A stretch of DNA of 63,438 bases, the filler included, from Porpidia crustulata (Eukaryota): the NCBI GenBank assembly GCA_964255105.1. It is 8 parts of 8 records of this genome, joined end to end, with 100 filler letters (N's around TTAATTAATTAA, not from the genome) between each part and the next. Parts side by side here need not be neighbours in the genome. Positions count along the whole stretch, not along the records: positions 47,701 to 55,522 come from CAXUWE010001228.1; positions 55,623 to 63,438 come from CAXUWE010001229.1; 6 more parts are not named here. One strand, 5' to 3'. Below, piece after piece: positions 50,588 to 62,922 of the stretch. Numbering within the stretch: the first letter of the stretch is position 1; every line of letters begins with the position of its first letter. Position numbers and translations under genes: made by a program. The notes beneath the pieces are model-generated. The model searched no databases. It saw nothing but the letters and a program-made list of their open reading frames with translations, and had not been told where the DNA came from.

Positions 50588-52586
50588 ATGTCGACTGTCT
50601 CCAAGAAACCATCCCCTTCAAAGTCCACTAACCCAAGACCTTCACCCCTACCCAACTCACCCACTTCACGAGGTTCAGGCTCGAACACTACAAGCGCGAA
50701 TGGGTTAGGAAGATCTCCCTCCCTGCGGAATTCGCTTGGTGTTCAGAAGCCCATGCGTGGAGCTGTCAAGAGACCAAGTCCAAATACAAGCTTTCTCAAC
50801 ACAACCAACAACGCTTCGGATGATGCTAGTGATGATGATACAAGGGCCGAAAATGCTTCACTCATGGAAGAGCTGAAAAGCCGGCTTATCAGGGCAGAGA
50901 CTGCGTCAGAAGAATACCACCGTCAATTGAACATGCTTCAAGCAAAATTTGAGGACTCTCTTCTCGAGCACGGTAAAATTGAGGACCAAATGCATGAGAG
51001 TGGTGCGAAGATAGAGGAACTTGAGGCGCAGAAGTTGCATATGATGCGACAGAAAAGGGGCATGGAAGATAGGTTTGAGTCGGAACGTACGGCAATGGCG
51101 CACGATAAAGCCGAGCAACAAGCAAGGGAAGCGGAGCAACAATCAATAATGCAGCGGCTCAAGGAAACATTGGCGCAAAGAGAGATGCGCACTAGTGGCG
51201 GCGATGACAAAGGGTTGCCTCGATCATGTAAGTCACTGAGTGCATCTAAAGGCTACGGCATCGCTCTTACCATGTACAGCGAGCTTTCGAAGCGGATCGT
51301 CTCAAGACATCGAAAATGGCCAATTTGCACCACCCTCATCTCTCCAGCGGAGTGATTCCAAGGACAATTCAAAGGTCGTAATGCAAAAGGATAGACTTAT
51401 TGAGTCGTTGCGGCTTGAGCTTGCCGAAGCTCAGATCAAGATTGTCGAGATGGAGAATATGGGAGGTGGTCGAATGCATGAGTTGGAAAAAATACTGTTG
51501 GATACACGGATAACCAACGCCCGGTTGATGGAGGACAACGAAAGCTTCCAGCTGCTTTTGAGTGAGAAAACATTGAATGGAGACTTTTCAAAAACAGATG
51601 TGATGCACGAGTCCTCTGGTCTGGGCTCTTTGGCAGAAGAGCTGGAGTCAGCAGAAGGGGAAAGCGATAACTATCGTAGATTGGAAGTCGAGGCAAAATC
51701 ACTCAGGGACCAAAACAAAGCTTTGGCGCTTTACGTAGAGAACATTATCGGCCGTTTACTACAGCATAAAGAATTCGAAAACATCCTCGATAAGACACCT
51801 GATTTAATGTCTGGAAAGCCTCGTCAGTCCCCAGATACCGACAAGGACCTCCCTCCACCACCATTAGCCAAAACAGACGAACCACCCCCTTCGATGTTAC
51901 AAAGGGCAAAGTCTGTTGTTTCCACAGCACGCCGGCCAAGACCCACGAGCGTCATGGCGCCACAATCGTTCACAGCTCCAGCTACTGTGAACGAAGATCC
52001 CACCACTGCTCCTAGCGTCCCCCTCGGGCGCTCACATTCATCTCGTGGTAGCTCGCATCGGCGATCTCAGTCCGAGATGCCAAACGCCGGACCGATTGTT
52101 AATCAAATGTATCGGGGTCCGCCTTCCACAGGGTCTGCCGTCCCCCTGAGCAGCCCTGGTCTTAGCGCTGGCAACGTCGTAGCAAGAACATCATTCTTTA
52201 CGTCCGCCGCCTCCGTTGCGAACCCTAGTGCTCCGTCGTCAAGAGTGCCCTCCAGTACTCTGAACCCACCTGAAGGTATTGGGAGTAGCTCTAATAGCAC
52301 TTTTAGTGATCACAGCGGCGAAGTCACCACTGGATCGAGTCCGCCCCGAGCCTCTACTGGTAGACACCCAAATAACTATACAGGCGCCATCATGACGCAG
52401 AGCAAGCTAAGACCGCTACGCCTAGTGCAAGAGAACCGAGAGCAGGATGGGGTACAAGGTAATTCGGATGAAGAGATCGCAGCGAGGAAAAAGGCGAACC
52501 GGGGTAGCTGGATGCCTGGATGGTTCAACCGCGCGAAAGAAGAGGATTCTCAGAGGAGTTCGAGTGCCGAGAACAATATGTTCTAG
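50588..52586 (+). CDS. Conserved fungal coiled-coil protein of unknown function
   Basis: Two ORFs joined by intron 51228-51279; heptad-rich segments (LIESLRLELAEAQIK, LMEDNESFQLLLSEKTLNGD, NKALALYVENIIGRLL) and Ser/Pro-rich tails. Confidence 0.75.
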
Positions 52587-52925
52587 TGACAATTCGAGAT
52601 GGGGGTCAAGGTGGGTTGGTGGGTGGGTGGCGTTGGATACTCAAGGCATGCAAATTTCAAGGGAGGTCAGGCTCTTTGCTGCTTCACATCAACATTTCTG
52701 ATTCCAGGAGTCTTATCACTTTCAGGAGCGCTCAGCGTAGACCCTGGTGGCAGATACCCCATTTGTTTATATTCTATGATATCCTAGCTTGCAATGCAAG
52801 AATTGCTTGCGTAGTGCACGTTTGTGGTTCCCGGGCAGAGTCGAGTTACCTACGTCCTCTTGCAAGCTTTTAGAACAGTGGAGATGATCGAAGATCTAAA
52901 TACTCATACTGTACATGCCGAACAG

Positions 52926-53124
52926 GTATCTCCAGCTACAACAGTCGTTAGAGTAGCGCAGGAGTAGAGCGGCGGAGTAGGTAGAGAAGCGTACCTTCCA
53001 CCCTTCTTACAGTTGAGTTATTTAATTAGCTCCGTAGTAATCCGAGGCCTCTTCCAGCTGCGTAATTATTAACCTATCACCTAATTGGTGAAGTAGATAT
53101 GTGATTGCGTAGCTGCGGAGATGC
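52926..53124. repeat. Nested imperfect inverted repeats
   Basis: 53055-53069 pairs with 53101-53115 (15 bp, 4 G-T pairs); inner TCACC/GGTGA; GAGTTA/TAGCTC at 53015-53032; 52926-52939 is near-complementary to 53109-53124. Confidence 0.6.
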
Positions 53125-53289
53125 GTGAATGTTTGATTGTTTGACTGTTTGAATGTTTCGTCGACTGGTAGGTTTTTCGACTGCTCAAAATGCTCGATTG
53201 CTTGATGGTCGAATCGATGAATTAGATATTCATTTAGTTTTACGATCGTGTCGAATCATTCAACAACCTCTTCGTAACGTTCCCTCAAG

Positions 53290-54425
53290 ATGATCACGCC
53301 TTCAAACCTTGCAATATACGAGGCAAGACTACGGGAGTGTGTGCTCGCCACCAAGGAACACAGAGAACAAAAATTCATACCTTTGCATAATGTGGAACGA
53401 GTACAAATGTCGGCAGATCATTTTCGACAGATGAATGAAGCTCTTGACGATTATGAATGTGATCTCCGGTATACTCTTTAAACCCGGATATGCAAAAATT
53501 ATGATAGCTAACATGATTTGTTCCAGTTGGCCATCCATTTCCTTCAACTCCAGAAGTTGCACTGGGACCATCGAATGGATGCCCTCACCCGTCCATGGGG
53601 CTCTTGCTTCTCCCTTCATATGAAGCGATGCTGTTGCTACACAAGACCTTCGGTCTGAGATAGCAAGTCAGATCGATGTTGTCGGGAATCAAACCGTAGG
53701 AGCTTCTAGAGGGGCTTACGAAGGTAGTAAGAAGGCAGCAGACGTGCTGTTCAAGTACAAAGGACAAGATCGTGAGGTTTTATGTACCGCGGTGGTTGAA
53801 ATCGGTTTCGCGGAAACATATGAAGAACTTGTTGACGATGTCAAGTTATGGATTGAGGGAAACAAGGATATAGGAACTGTGGTTTTGATTAAAGTGACGG
53901 AGAGTCCACGATATTATCCTCCTATCCGTAATATGAAAGATGATGAGGTTAAGAACCTTGAGTTTCCTGGTCCCAGAGATCTTGATACTTCTAAAGTCAC
54001 TCCTCAAGATCCGAACGACAGCTTTGGCCCGCTCCAGATAAACAATTCAGTTTGGGTGAACAAGATGAGCGTGTTTCTCGAAATATGGAAGAGAAATCCA
54101 GTGAACGGAGAGGCAAAGCAGCAGGGGACTCGATCAGTAAGCCACACCGATTTTCTTCTATTCAGCTATGATGTATGCTAATTCAGTTTTATTGTAGTAT
54201 TTCGTTCCAGATAATGCAACTTCCGAACTTGACCTCAAGCTGAGCGACTTCTACCCTCTCGACGCTGCAAACGGGGGGAACACAAGGTTTCCGTTGACCT
54301 TCGATCGGTTGAGGATGCATTTGGAAACAGCTCGTGAGGAGCTAGCGGTAGAGCGTTATCGTGAAGTGCTTCTGAACCTTTCCAGGCGCAATAACAACGT
54401 TGACGATGGCGATTACGCTCCTTAG
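53290..54425 (+). pseudogene. Uma2-like / restriction-endonuclease-fold (PD-(D/E)xK) protein with one premature TGA
   Basis: Exons 53290-53468, 53527-54136, 54198-54425 are frame-consistent. Motifs [39 protein letters not shown]. In-frame TGA at 53621-53623 with the same frame on both sides. Confidence 0.65.
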
Positions 54426-55522
54426 TAAATCTAAAATTGCGAGAATGATTTCGACCTTCCTACAAGAACCGCCACGCCTCACACCATCACGATCTTTGGG
54501 CACCGGCAGTGTGCCGGGCTTAACAGAAGGTCTTTGGGTCTTATGGCAGCCCGGAGCGTACCCGCAAATTCGATTCCGATATCCGGTCATTAAAGAAACC
54601 CTGAAAAAGTTTCTAGCAAGAATTGAATCCAGGGCCGCACAAAGCTGACACCGGGCAACAGCATCTATCCATGGTAGTTTATAAATCTTGGATGCGTCTG
54701 TGGATATGATCAAGAGAAAGACATAAAGACGGAGATGTGAGTAAAGGAAGAGGAGAGAGTCGATCAAGCAGATGAAGGCTTTTGGTCATGATGATACACG
54801 AGAATGCTACGTTACCATCAAGACCCACGACTACTCAGATATCTAAAAATAATTCTTCGCCAAACAAAATGACTGAATGTAGCCTTTCCCAAAAGGACAT
54901 CTGCATACCTTTACCTCTAGAACAAATCCCAACAAATTTTCCCAAAAGTCTGAGTAGACACCATGTGATTTTGAAAGAGGGAAAAATCATTTCCAATGTT
55001 GCCAAATACATCAGCAATAAATTTCCTCGAGCATTATACGTCATCTATCGCGAACACTATGACTGAGTAGGAGATGAACTGAGAAATTGCACCTCCTACT
55101 ACTTATACAACTACGCATAGAGCATGTCATAAATGCACATACATAAAACACCGCGACACATGTAGATATTACCCATAGAGACAAATATCTCGACAACACG
55201 AACCCCCCCTTGCAAAAACTTCAAGGCGCCTTTAAGTCGAAAGTATCTAAAAGCTATATGTGTATCTTGATCAATGCCAGCCTCACTACAAATTGGCGAT
55301 GTTTATTATCGCGCAAGCACTCATCTCAACAATCTTTGGGGGGCCTCGAAGATGCGTTTTGTAGGGTTTTTTCGATGTTGCGTTGGTAGCTTACTGCTTG
55401 CTGTTGTGCACGGCGCAACTGCTCGTCGAAATACCACCGCCTGCAATTAAAGATCTCAGTCTAAGTTGAGCACCTCATCCTTCAACATCACCACCACCCC
55501 CCTCTCCCTCCACGAACACAGC

Positions 55523-55622
55523 NNNNNNNNNNNNNNNNNNNNNNNNNNNNNNNNNNNNNNNNNNNNTTAATTAATTAANNNNNNNNNNNNNNNNNNNNNN
55601 NNNNNNNNNNNNNNNNNNNNNN
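55523..55622. other. Artificial contig spacer
   Basis: Same 100-bp linker. Confidence 0.99.
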
Positions 55623-55749
55623 TTTTTGAGGTACTTTGCCGGCGAGTTACATAGTCGAGAATAATGTCCGAACTCATGTACATAAACTGTCAACCCAATT
55701 AAATTCATATATCCAATACTCTCAGCACCACGCTTCCATCCATCCATTA

Positions 55750-55770
55750 CACCACCACCACCACCACCAC
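55750..55770 (+). repeat. (CAC)n microsatellite
   Basis: About seven tandem CAC units. Confidence 0.85.
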
Positions 55771-57041
55771 CTATCCCCATCGTCACCATCTCTGCTCCAC
55801 GGTCTATCGTCACCGACCCCCCTTTTGGACATAATTTTGGGAGGATCTGTGCATCTGTCGAGCTTTTTCCATTCGAGGGACAGCTATTGTGACGCGACGT
55901 ATTGATGCCGAAGCTTCTCTATCATGCTGATCGGGCAGTGTAGCCAATCCAGCAGGGTTGGAAACACAACAGCCCTTCAACACACGCGACAAATCCAGAC
56001 CGTATATTCAAAAAAGAATACCACCGTAACTCCTTCCTTACCACGCCATTCAAAGCTGAACAACCCTATTTCCAAACCATCTCGACTCTTCCGTAAACAA
56101 GCCAGATTGGCGCAGACGCGCAAGCAACACGAAACATCCCTTTCCAAACCGTCGCACAGAGTAGAACAAGATTAAAGAGATCATCACCGTCACATACGGA
56201 AAATCTTCCGCGGGATTTTGCCACAGGCCACGGGTTGGAGACCTGATTTCCACGTAGGTGCCGAAGTGGTGTAGAGTGGCGTGAGCAAAGCCCTGGATCT
56301 AGTTGGGATATGTCCGGAAGTGATGGAACAAGGGAAAGGACTGTAGGGCACAGCGTCGATTCCATGTTGCTGCTTATAGGTAGATGTGAGGGAGATGAAA
56401 ATGTTGTGATAAAGGCGATAGTTTGATGGTGTATGCTCACATGGCGCTGTCTTACCGTTGATTCTATGCGATGTCGTAAGGTCCCTTGGCTTCTGCTATG
56501 GTTCAAAAGTCAACGCCATGGAGGAATCCAACTGCATTGACTAAATCTCGATTAGTGGAGGTGGAAATTAGAGGTGAAAGGTCGTTTCAACATTTCGCGA
56601 ACTCAGTGAACCACAGATTAATCTGAATGAATCGCATTTAGTACATTTTACCTATGCTGCCGCGAATTTTCCGATCCCCTCGATCAAACGTATCAAAGCT
56701 AAACGGTCGCGCACCGTTGGTGGATGGTATCTCATTGATTAAAAAAAACAACAGGGCACATAGGGACCCAATAGAAAGCCACACCCTCAATCTCCCAGTC
56801 ATACCAACAGGATCCCTGCATCACGTCAAAATCTAGCGACCTCGCATTGCTTGGGCCCATAGTAGAAGTACAGGACCATGAAGTAGGAGACAGGGGGATG
56901 GTATAACGGAACCGTAATCGTAGGCGCCAACGCCCCCGCGAGGATTAAACAACACCGATGCTTGCGGAAGATGGCCACCTTTACATGAGACCTTCTCCAC
57001 TCAGCTTCAGATCCAATGTATCGAGCAGCAAGGGCGTAAGA

Positions 57042-58424
57042 CTATAACAGACCGCAGTCACGGAGGTTCTCTTGAATTATGATATCTGCCAAATTATTAG
57101 CAACTTGCCTGCTTTGGTAGGAACAGGCTCTAGACAAACCGTTGACAGCAGCCATGACAAAGCGGATTTGGGTTGTATCGGTAGCACATGTAAAGTGGGT
57201 ATAGATCTGCTTGGTCTCGTGCTGGTTCAGGGAAACGAAGCGGTTCAGGATGTAATCACAGGCCGCGGCATAATCGGGTCCACCTTCAGCAATATTAGAT
57301 CTCTGGTGTATCCCTCCGTTGGTTCCATTTTGATTGAGCTTGCCTTCATAGTCTGGGAAATAGTTCTTCATCGGGCTAACCGGAAGTTTCTCCTTGAACC
57401 TGTCGATCTTGTTCAAGAACAGGATGATCGACGTCTTCACGAACCAGCGGGAATTGCAGATGGAGTCAAAAAGTGTGAGGGCCTCCTGCATACGGTTGAC
57501 GGTCTCGTCCTCGAAGAGAAGCTGATCATACTCGGAAATGGCCACCAAAAAGAGAATGGTAGTGACATTCTCGAAACAATGGATCCACTTCTTACGTTCT
57601 GACCGTTGACCTCCAACATCAAACATGCGGTATGTAAGTTCGCCGATGATGAAAGTGGTCTCGGTAATGCCAGTGGTCTTGACTCGGGATCGTAGTACAT
57701 CTTGGTCGTTCGGGAGATAGTCTGGTTGCGCGATTCTCCCAATGGAATCGAAGTAGCTAAGAATGATCATTAGCATTGATGAGGTTTTCTCCCTGACACC
57801 AGGTGCAATCTGCGAGACTATGCACAAGACTTCGGGAAGCTATAGACAATGCGCGGCAGACGCGAAAGCTCCAGATGTCTCAAGTGGGATGGAATGCTCA
57901 TAGCGAGACTTACTATCTTGCAGAGTCGTTCAGTTGATATTCACGGGAACGCTTGAAGCATTGTTGCACGCCAGCGTCTTTCCAAAGCGCATCAATCGCA
58001 CCTCCAACCTCCGGCGGCAGACTTTCGCCTTCTATCTGTGTTGGCTGCATGAAGATGGTCTGGACGTGGTATTCGGTGCGTTGGTCATCCAAGGGCAATT
58101 CAAGTGATTCCATTGCCTCGAGAATCACCCGCATCGACTGCACGGTATTGCTGTATATAATCTCCTTGAATGATTCACGCTCATCCCGCGAGTAACTTCC
58201 TTCATGGATGAGTTTCATTTGTTTGAGGATGGTTGACTTTCCAGACTCTCCAGCTCCTGATTTGATGTCAATTCAAATGCTCATAGAAATTGCGGAGATG
58301 GCTAACCAAGAAGAAGCATCTTGATCTCACTGCGCTGAAGAAGTTTGTCGCGTTTCAATTGATTCTCAATCTCTTCATGGCGCTGCTTCCCCTCCTTCTC
58401 TTCTGTGCTCATTCCACAACCCAT
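57042..58424 (-). CDS. fadA: Heterotrimeric G-protein alpha subunit, fungal group I (FadA/GNA-1 type)
   Basis: MGCGMS myristoylation start, [48 protein letters not shown]-terminal CGLL. Four introns in the CDS, including GC-AG 57343-57284. Confidence 0.93.
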
Positions 58425-59782
58425 AATCGAGGTGGTTGAAAGCTTTTGTGGTTGATAATCAAACTGTCGGTGTGTAGAGACAAAACGTCTGCGAACCTAG
58501 AACAAATGTTAGTCGCGATTCCCGATCTAAACCATCCATCATGGGAGATGTGGTTCATCCGAATGGTCGCATGAAGTGAAGTGACGAACAGGGAACACTT
58601 GAAGCCGTAAGGAACTTGAGTGCACTCCACTCGCTGCAGCACTGTTGCTGCGGCTGCTCCTTGACTGTCGCGCTTGGGAAGGCTTACCGAGAGACGTTTG
58701 TCTTTATGATAATTAGTATCTAGAAAATATCTAGAGCGCTGCTGTATGTAATTACTCCTATCTTAAGGTAGTCCAGAAAGGTGGTAAAAGTTCCTAGTCG
58801 GGGGTGATCTTGTTCAGAGCGATGTGGGCCACAGATTCCGGGGAAAGAAACTCCGGAAAGACGTCGAGAAGCTGCGCTGGCAGCCGGTCGCAGAACGAGT
58901 GTTGTATACTGCAACACCTGCTATGAAACTGATTGAAACGATGGGGACGGTATATACTCAGTGGAGGAAGAAGGAAACATCAAGGCTGGGTTCGGGATCT
59001 TGTAGGAGGGGCCACGCTAAACTCAGCTGGGGATGCTCTGATTCAGGAGAAAAGGTGCTTTTGGAGGGGGCTAGTGAAAGAGTTATATTCTACTGATTGT
59101 GGACGATCTGCAAGCCCGTCGGTTTGGGACCCCAAACATCAAGGTAAGCTTGAATTGAGCCTACTATATATGCAGGAACATCTACAGTCAAAGGATTGGC
59201 GATTCACCGCACTTTCATCACTATTACTGTACCTCTGATCTATTCTCTCTGCATGAGGAAGGAATAGAATAATGGAGCAAGGGTGCCCAATATTTAGTCA
59301 GCGAACAAACCTGTTACACGGGGTAATCGACTCTTGACAGGGCCGCCTGTGGGGGTATCAACCCACCGCACCTCCTGCCGGAAGGCTATGGAGGCTGACA
59401 GTAACAATGCGGCGTAGGAGCGTGGAGAAGATGAGAACCAATTGGCCATCTCCTACCCAGGATTACCATAAACAACTCGTCCATCAAGATTCAAGGCTTC
59501 CACGTTGTGAATGACTCTCGTATTTCAACGTTAGCTTGTCAGAACTCCTTCAAGGCCTTCAAGGCAAAGACTCTATCTCTATGATGGCATTTGAATCATC
59601 TAACTTTGCGCTCCGTAATTCAATCGTGATATTTATGCCGGTTCGCTAGCGCCTTGTCTAAGTCCCGTTTACGGACATTCTCCTCTTTATTGCCGATAGC
59701 GACAATAGCACATAGTACAATGATCGGAAGCTTCTGAAGCTGGCACGACTCTGCTTCGCTGCCTGGTTTACAAGAAGCCGTC

Positions 59783-60767
59783 ATGTCCTATCCCCAGACA
59801 CAGATAGGTGGGAAAGGTAAGGCTTTTCTGCCTCCTAACACACTGTCCAGAATCGCGTTCATAACAATCGATAGCTTTCAACCATAACCAGAGTGACCAA
59901 GCCGAAGCTGAGTACGATCGGCTCCGAGGATTGGCACGGCAAGAACATGCAAAGCGCTCTGCTTGCTCAGACAAGGTGGGTGATGAAATCAATCCGAGGA
60001 TCCCAATCCTGCTGAATAGTTCTGAAAGTCACGCAATGCCTACCAACGAGGGGACAGAGCAGCTGCTCATGAACTCTCGGAAGAGGGAAAAAGGCATGCT
60101 CAGATGATGGAGCAATACAACAAGCAAGCCTCCGACTACATTTTCCGGGAAAACAATGCTGTGGGCAGAGTGGATGGCGATACGATTGATCTTCATGGAC
60201 AATTTGTCGAAGAGGCTGCGGACATCGTTGAGCAACGGATAAGATATGCGCAGGCGAATGGGCAAACCCATTTACATGTGTAAGCGCGATTCGAAGGTTT
60301 TGTTTCTAGACGGAATTGACTGATTGACCGCGCTCAACAGCATTGTGGGAAAGGGCAATCACTCCGTGGGTCACATTGATAAGCTCAAACCTCGAGTCGA
60401 GCAGGTATGCAAGGAGCTTGGCCTGCAGTACTCGACGGAAGCAAATGCAGGTAGGATCTATGTCAACCTAACTGGAGGCGCCGCCCAGATGCCCTCTCAA
60501 TTCACCCAGCACGGTGGGGCCAATCAACAGCACCATGGACAACAGCAACAGCACGGCCAACAGTATGACCAGCAACAGTACCAAGGTGGCCAGCAGTATC
60601 AAGGTGGTCCGCAATATCAACAAGATGGTTATCCAGGACAGCAACAGCAACCTCAAACTGGAGGGCCGCAACAGAACAATCAGAATGCCGAGATTGAGGC
60701 TGCGGTCAAAAAGTATTTACCAAGGGTGCTAAGAAAGCTGAAAAACAGCTGCTGCACAGTAATGTAA
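59783..60767 (+). CDS. Smr-domain protein (DUF1771 + Smr) with Q/G-rich tail and C-terminal CCTVM
   Basis: Spliced product has AEYDRLRGLARQE..AYQRGDRAAAHELSEEGK, IDLHGQFVEEA and HV|IVGKGNHS; three introns. Confidence 0.85.
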
Positions 60768-61490
60768 GTTTGCATAGAAAATGGCGTTACGGCAACAGGC
60801 AAGGGCATATCGTTTGGATCATCATCCATACCCAGAGATCTTGCGAGCACTCTCCTACGAGCTGAGAACTAATCGAAATCATGGATCTTATTGGATCGTT
60901 CCAAGTACACTTTTCAGCCATCCTCGAGCATTTACGCCAAAACGTATGGTGCTTACTAAAATGCTTGGTTCACCACATCACCTGCACAGCATCGGTGTGA
61001 ACTCAGCTCTTCACAGCCTTATGCATTTTTGCGAGGTTGCATGCGACTCAAAACCGAAGCCTCTTCCCAAAAATTGTCTTATGAATTGAAATGAAACCAT
61101 AGTTCCAGAGCCTTCATCCACTTTTAATGTCTCAGCTTTCTACAAATCTCTTCACAATCTCAAGCTATCCTATGCTCTCATAGAATCTCTAACATTCTAT
61201 ACGATCATGGAATTTTATTCATCATACTTGCGAGACAACATCACTGCAATTGAACTGTTGCAAAGATATATTAAGCGGGCTTTCCTTGGTTCCCAATGCT
61301 ATTATAATGAGCAGCTTCTGAGCTTTACTCACAAGAACATCAAACATCAGAGTTCTCTGGGTCATTCTGGATCCGTCAACAATCTTGGTCCTTCGGAGAC
61401 ACCTTTTCACAATACGGGCTTTACACATTCAATTAAGCGCACAAGATCGACGCCTCTTAGTCAATTAGCTTCATCTTTCCCCATAATACC

Positions 61491-62150
61491 ATGACTACTG
61501 CCTCTTCCATTCCCCAGCTCCTGCCTGAAACCACTCTCCAAGAGAGTGTCCGTACTTACACCTATCTCCTGCTACGCCGCCAAGACCTTGATTCCCGGAA
61601 GCGTGTGTTGGAAGAGCTCTTGATAAAATGCGATCGTCCGCTGTCATCGCCTACCACCCCTTCCACAATATCTTCTTCAGACTCACCATTATCCACAGCT
61701 AGCTCGACACGCGCCACCTCCTACAGCACATATCCTCAGAGATTCTCATCGCTCGATACGTCAATTTCCTCCTTCTGTTCCACGCCATGGCCTTGGAAGG
61801 ATAAGATCTCTCAAGAATCTCTAGATGGAGCCAAAAGTAACAAAGAGACTGTTTCAACAGCGTTTCCACGGTGGGAGCGGTCCAAGCCTTCTATGACCCA
61901 GATCGCTACGTCTCATAACCCCCAAAGCATAGAAATTGCACAAGGCAACGTCGAAGTGGAACCGTTGACCCCCAAACCGGTGAAACCCAAATCCCATGTG
62001 TCCAAGCACCATTATCATCAGAACGCCATGGCCGCAACGCTCAGCTCTTACCAGGATGCCGAATTAGAGATAGCAATCCTGGATTTAGAGATTGAATTGG
62101 TCATTTTTCAAAGTGGCGCCGTAAAATTGTGGAGGAATACCAGAAGGTAG
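61491..62150 (+). CDS. Hypothetical Ser/Thr-rich protein
   Basis: 219-codon ATG-initiated ORF with short helical segments at both ends; no recognised family. Confidence 0.4.
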   Translation: MTTASSIPQLLPETTLQESVRTYTYLLLRRQDLDSRKRVLEELLIKCDRPLSSPTTPSTISSSDSPLSTASSTRATSYSTYPQRFSSLDTSISSFCSTPWPWKDKISQESLDGAKSNKETVSTAFPRWERSKPSMTQIATSHNPQSIEIAQGNVEVEPLTPKPVKPKSHVSKHHYHQNAMAATLSSYQDAELEIAILDLEIELVIFQSGAVKLWRNTRR

Positions 62151-62728
62151 AGGTGCTGGCAAGAGCGCAGGCAAAAAGGGCAAGAAGGGCAGAAGAGGGA
62201 GTGAAACAATGTATGCAGCGGCTGCAGGGCGCAAGGATGGGTCCGCACTGTACTAAGATGACGGTGAACTATTTCTGAAAGGCAAATTGTGTGTTTGTGT
62301 GGTGTAGGGAATGTGTGTTCATTCTTGGAACATGAGGGGTAGGTAAAACGGCTGTTGTATCTAATGTGAGGAGCGGATAAAATCTGCAGGCTTGGCAATG
62401 CTAAGCGGTGGATGATCTGGTTCAACTCTGACTCGTTCGGTTGTTTGTCATTCAGTATGGACCATGGCATGTTAACATATGGCGCTGGTTGGATTGGATT
62501 TATCAAAACTCCCCGGAAAGCTTAAACAGGTCCAGATATCTGTTTGTACAACCGGAGCAATCCGGAGCAATTAGAGGAGTAGCAGAATAGATCCACTACC
62601 TCATTATGCTGTCTTTAAGGTAAGTACTCAACTGTCTATCCTACCACATTCATCGAATATACCATACCTTACTGTTCAATTGGCAAAATATACAACACAT
62701 GAAACTTCATTTACGCGCATGTGACTTT

Positions 62729-62812
62729 TGACGTCATAGGTGCCGTGCCATCGTGTCAACATTCCAGTGTCGTCGCCAGCCTTCACTTTCCTCAACCTAC
62801 TACTATATATAG
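62729..62812 (+). promoter_or_regulatory. CRE/ATF palindrome and TATA box upstream of the LEA/CsbD-like gene
   Basis: Perfect TGACGTCA at 62729-62736 and TATATATA near 62804-62811; ATG at 62923. Confidence 0.5.
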
Positions 62813-62922
62813 GCTGCTCCTTCAATTGCCCTCCAACTATTTTCAAACTACACGCAAATACCACCTCTGGCTTCTAGATCACCTCTAAGCAAACCTAAGC
62901 TTTCATAATCAAAACTACAAAC

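Noticed and set aside
7917..55578. TTAATTAATTAA recurring at about 7.9-kb periodicity
   Set aside because: Always embedded in 44+44 N; an assembly concatenation linker, not biology.
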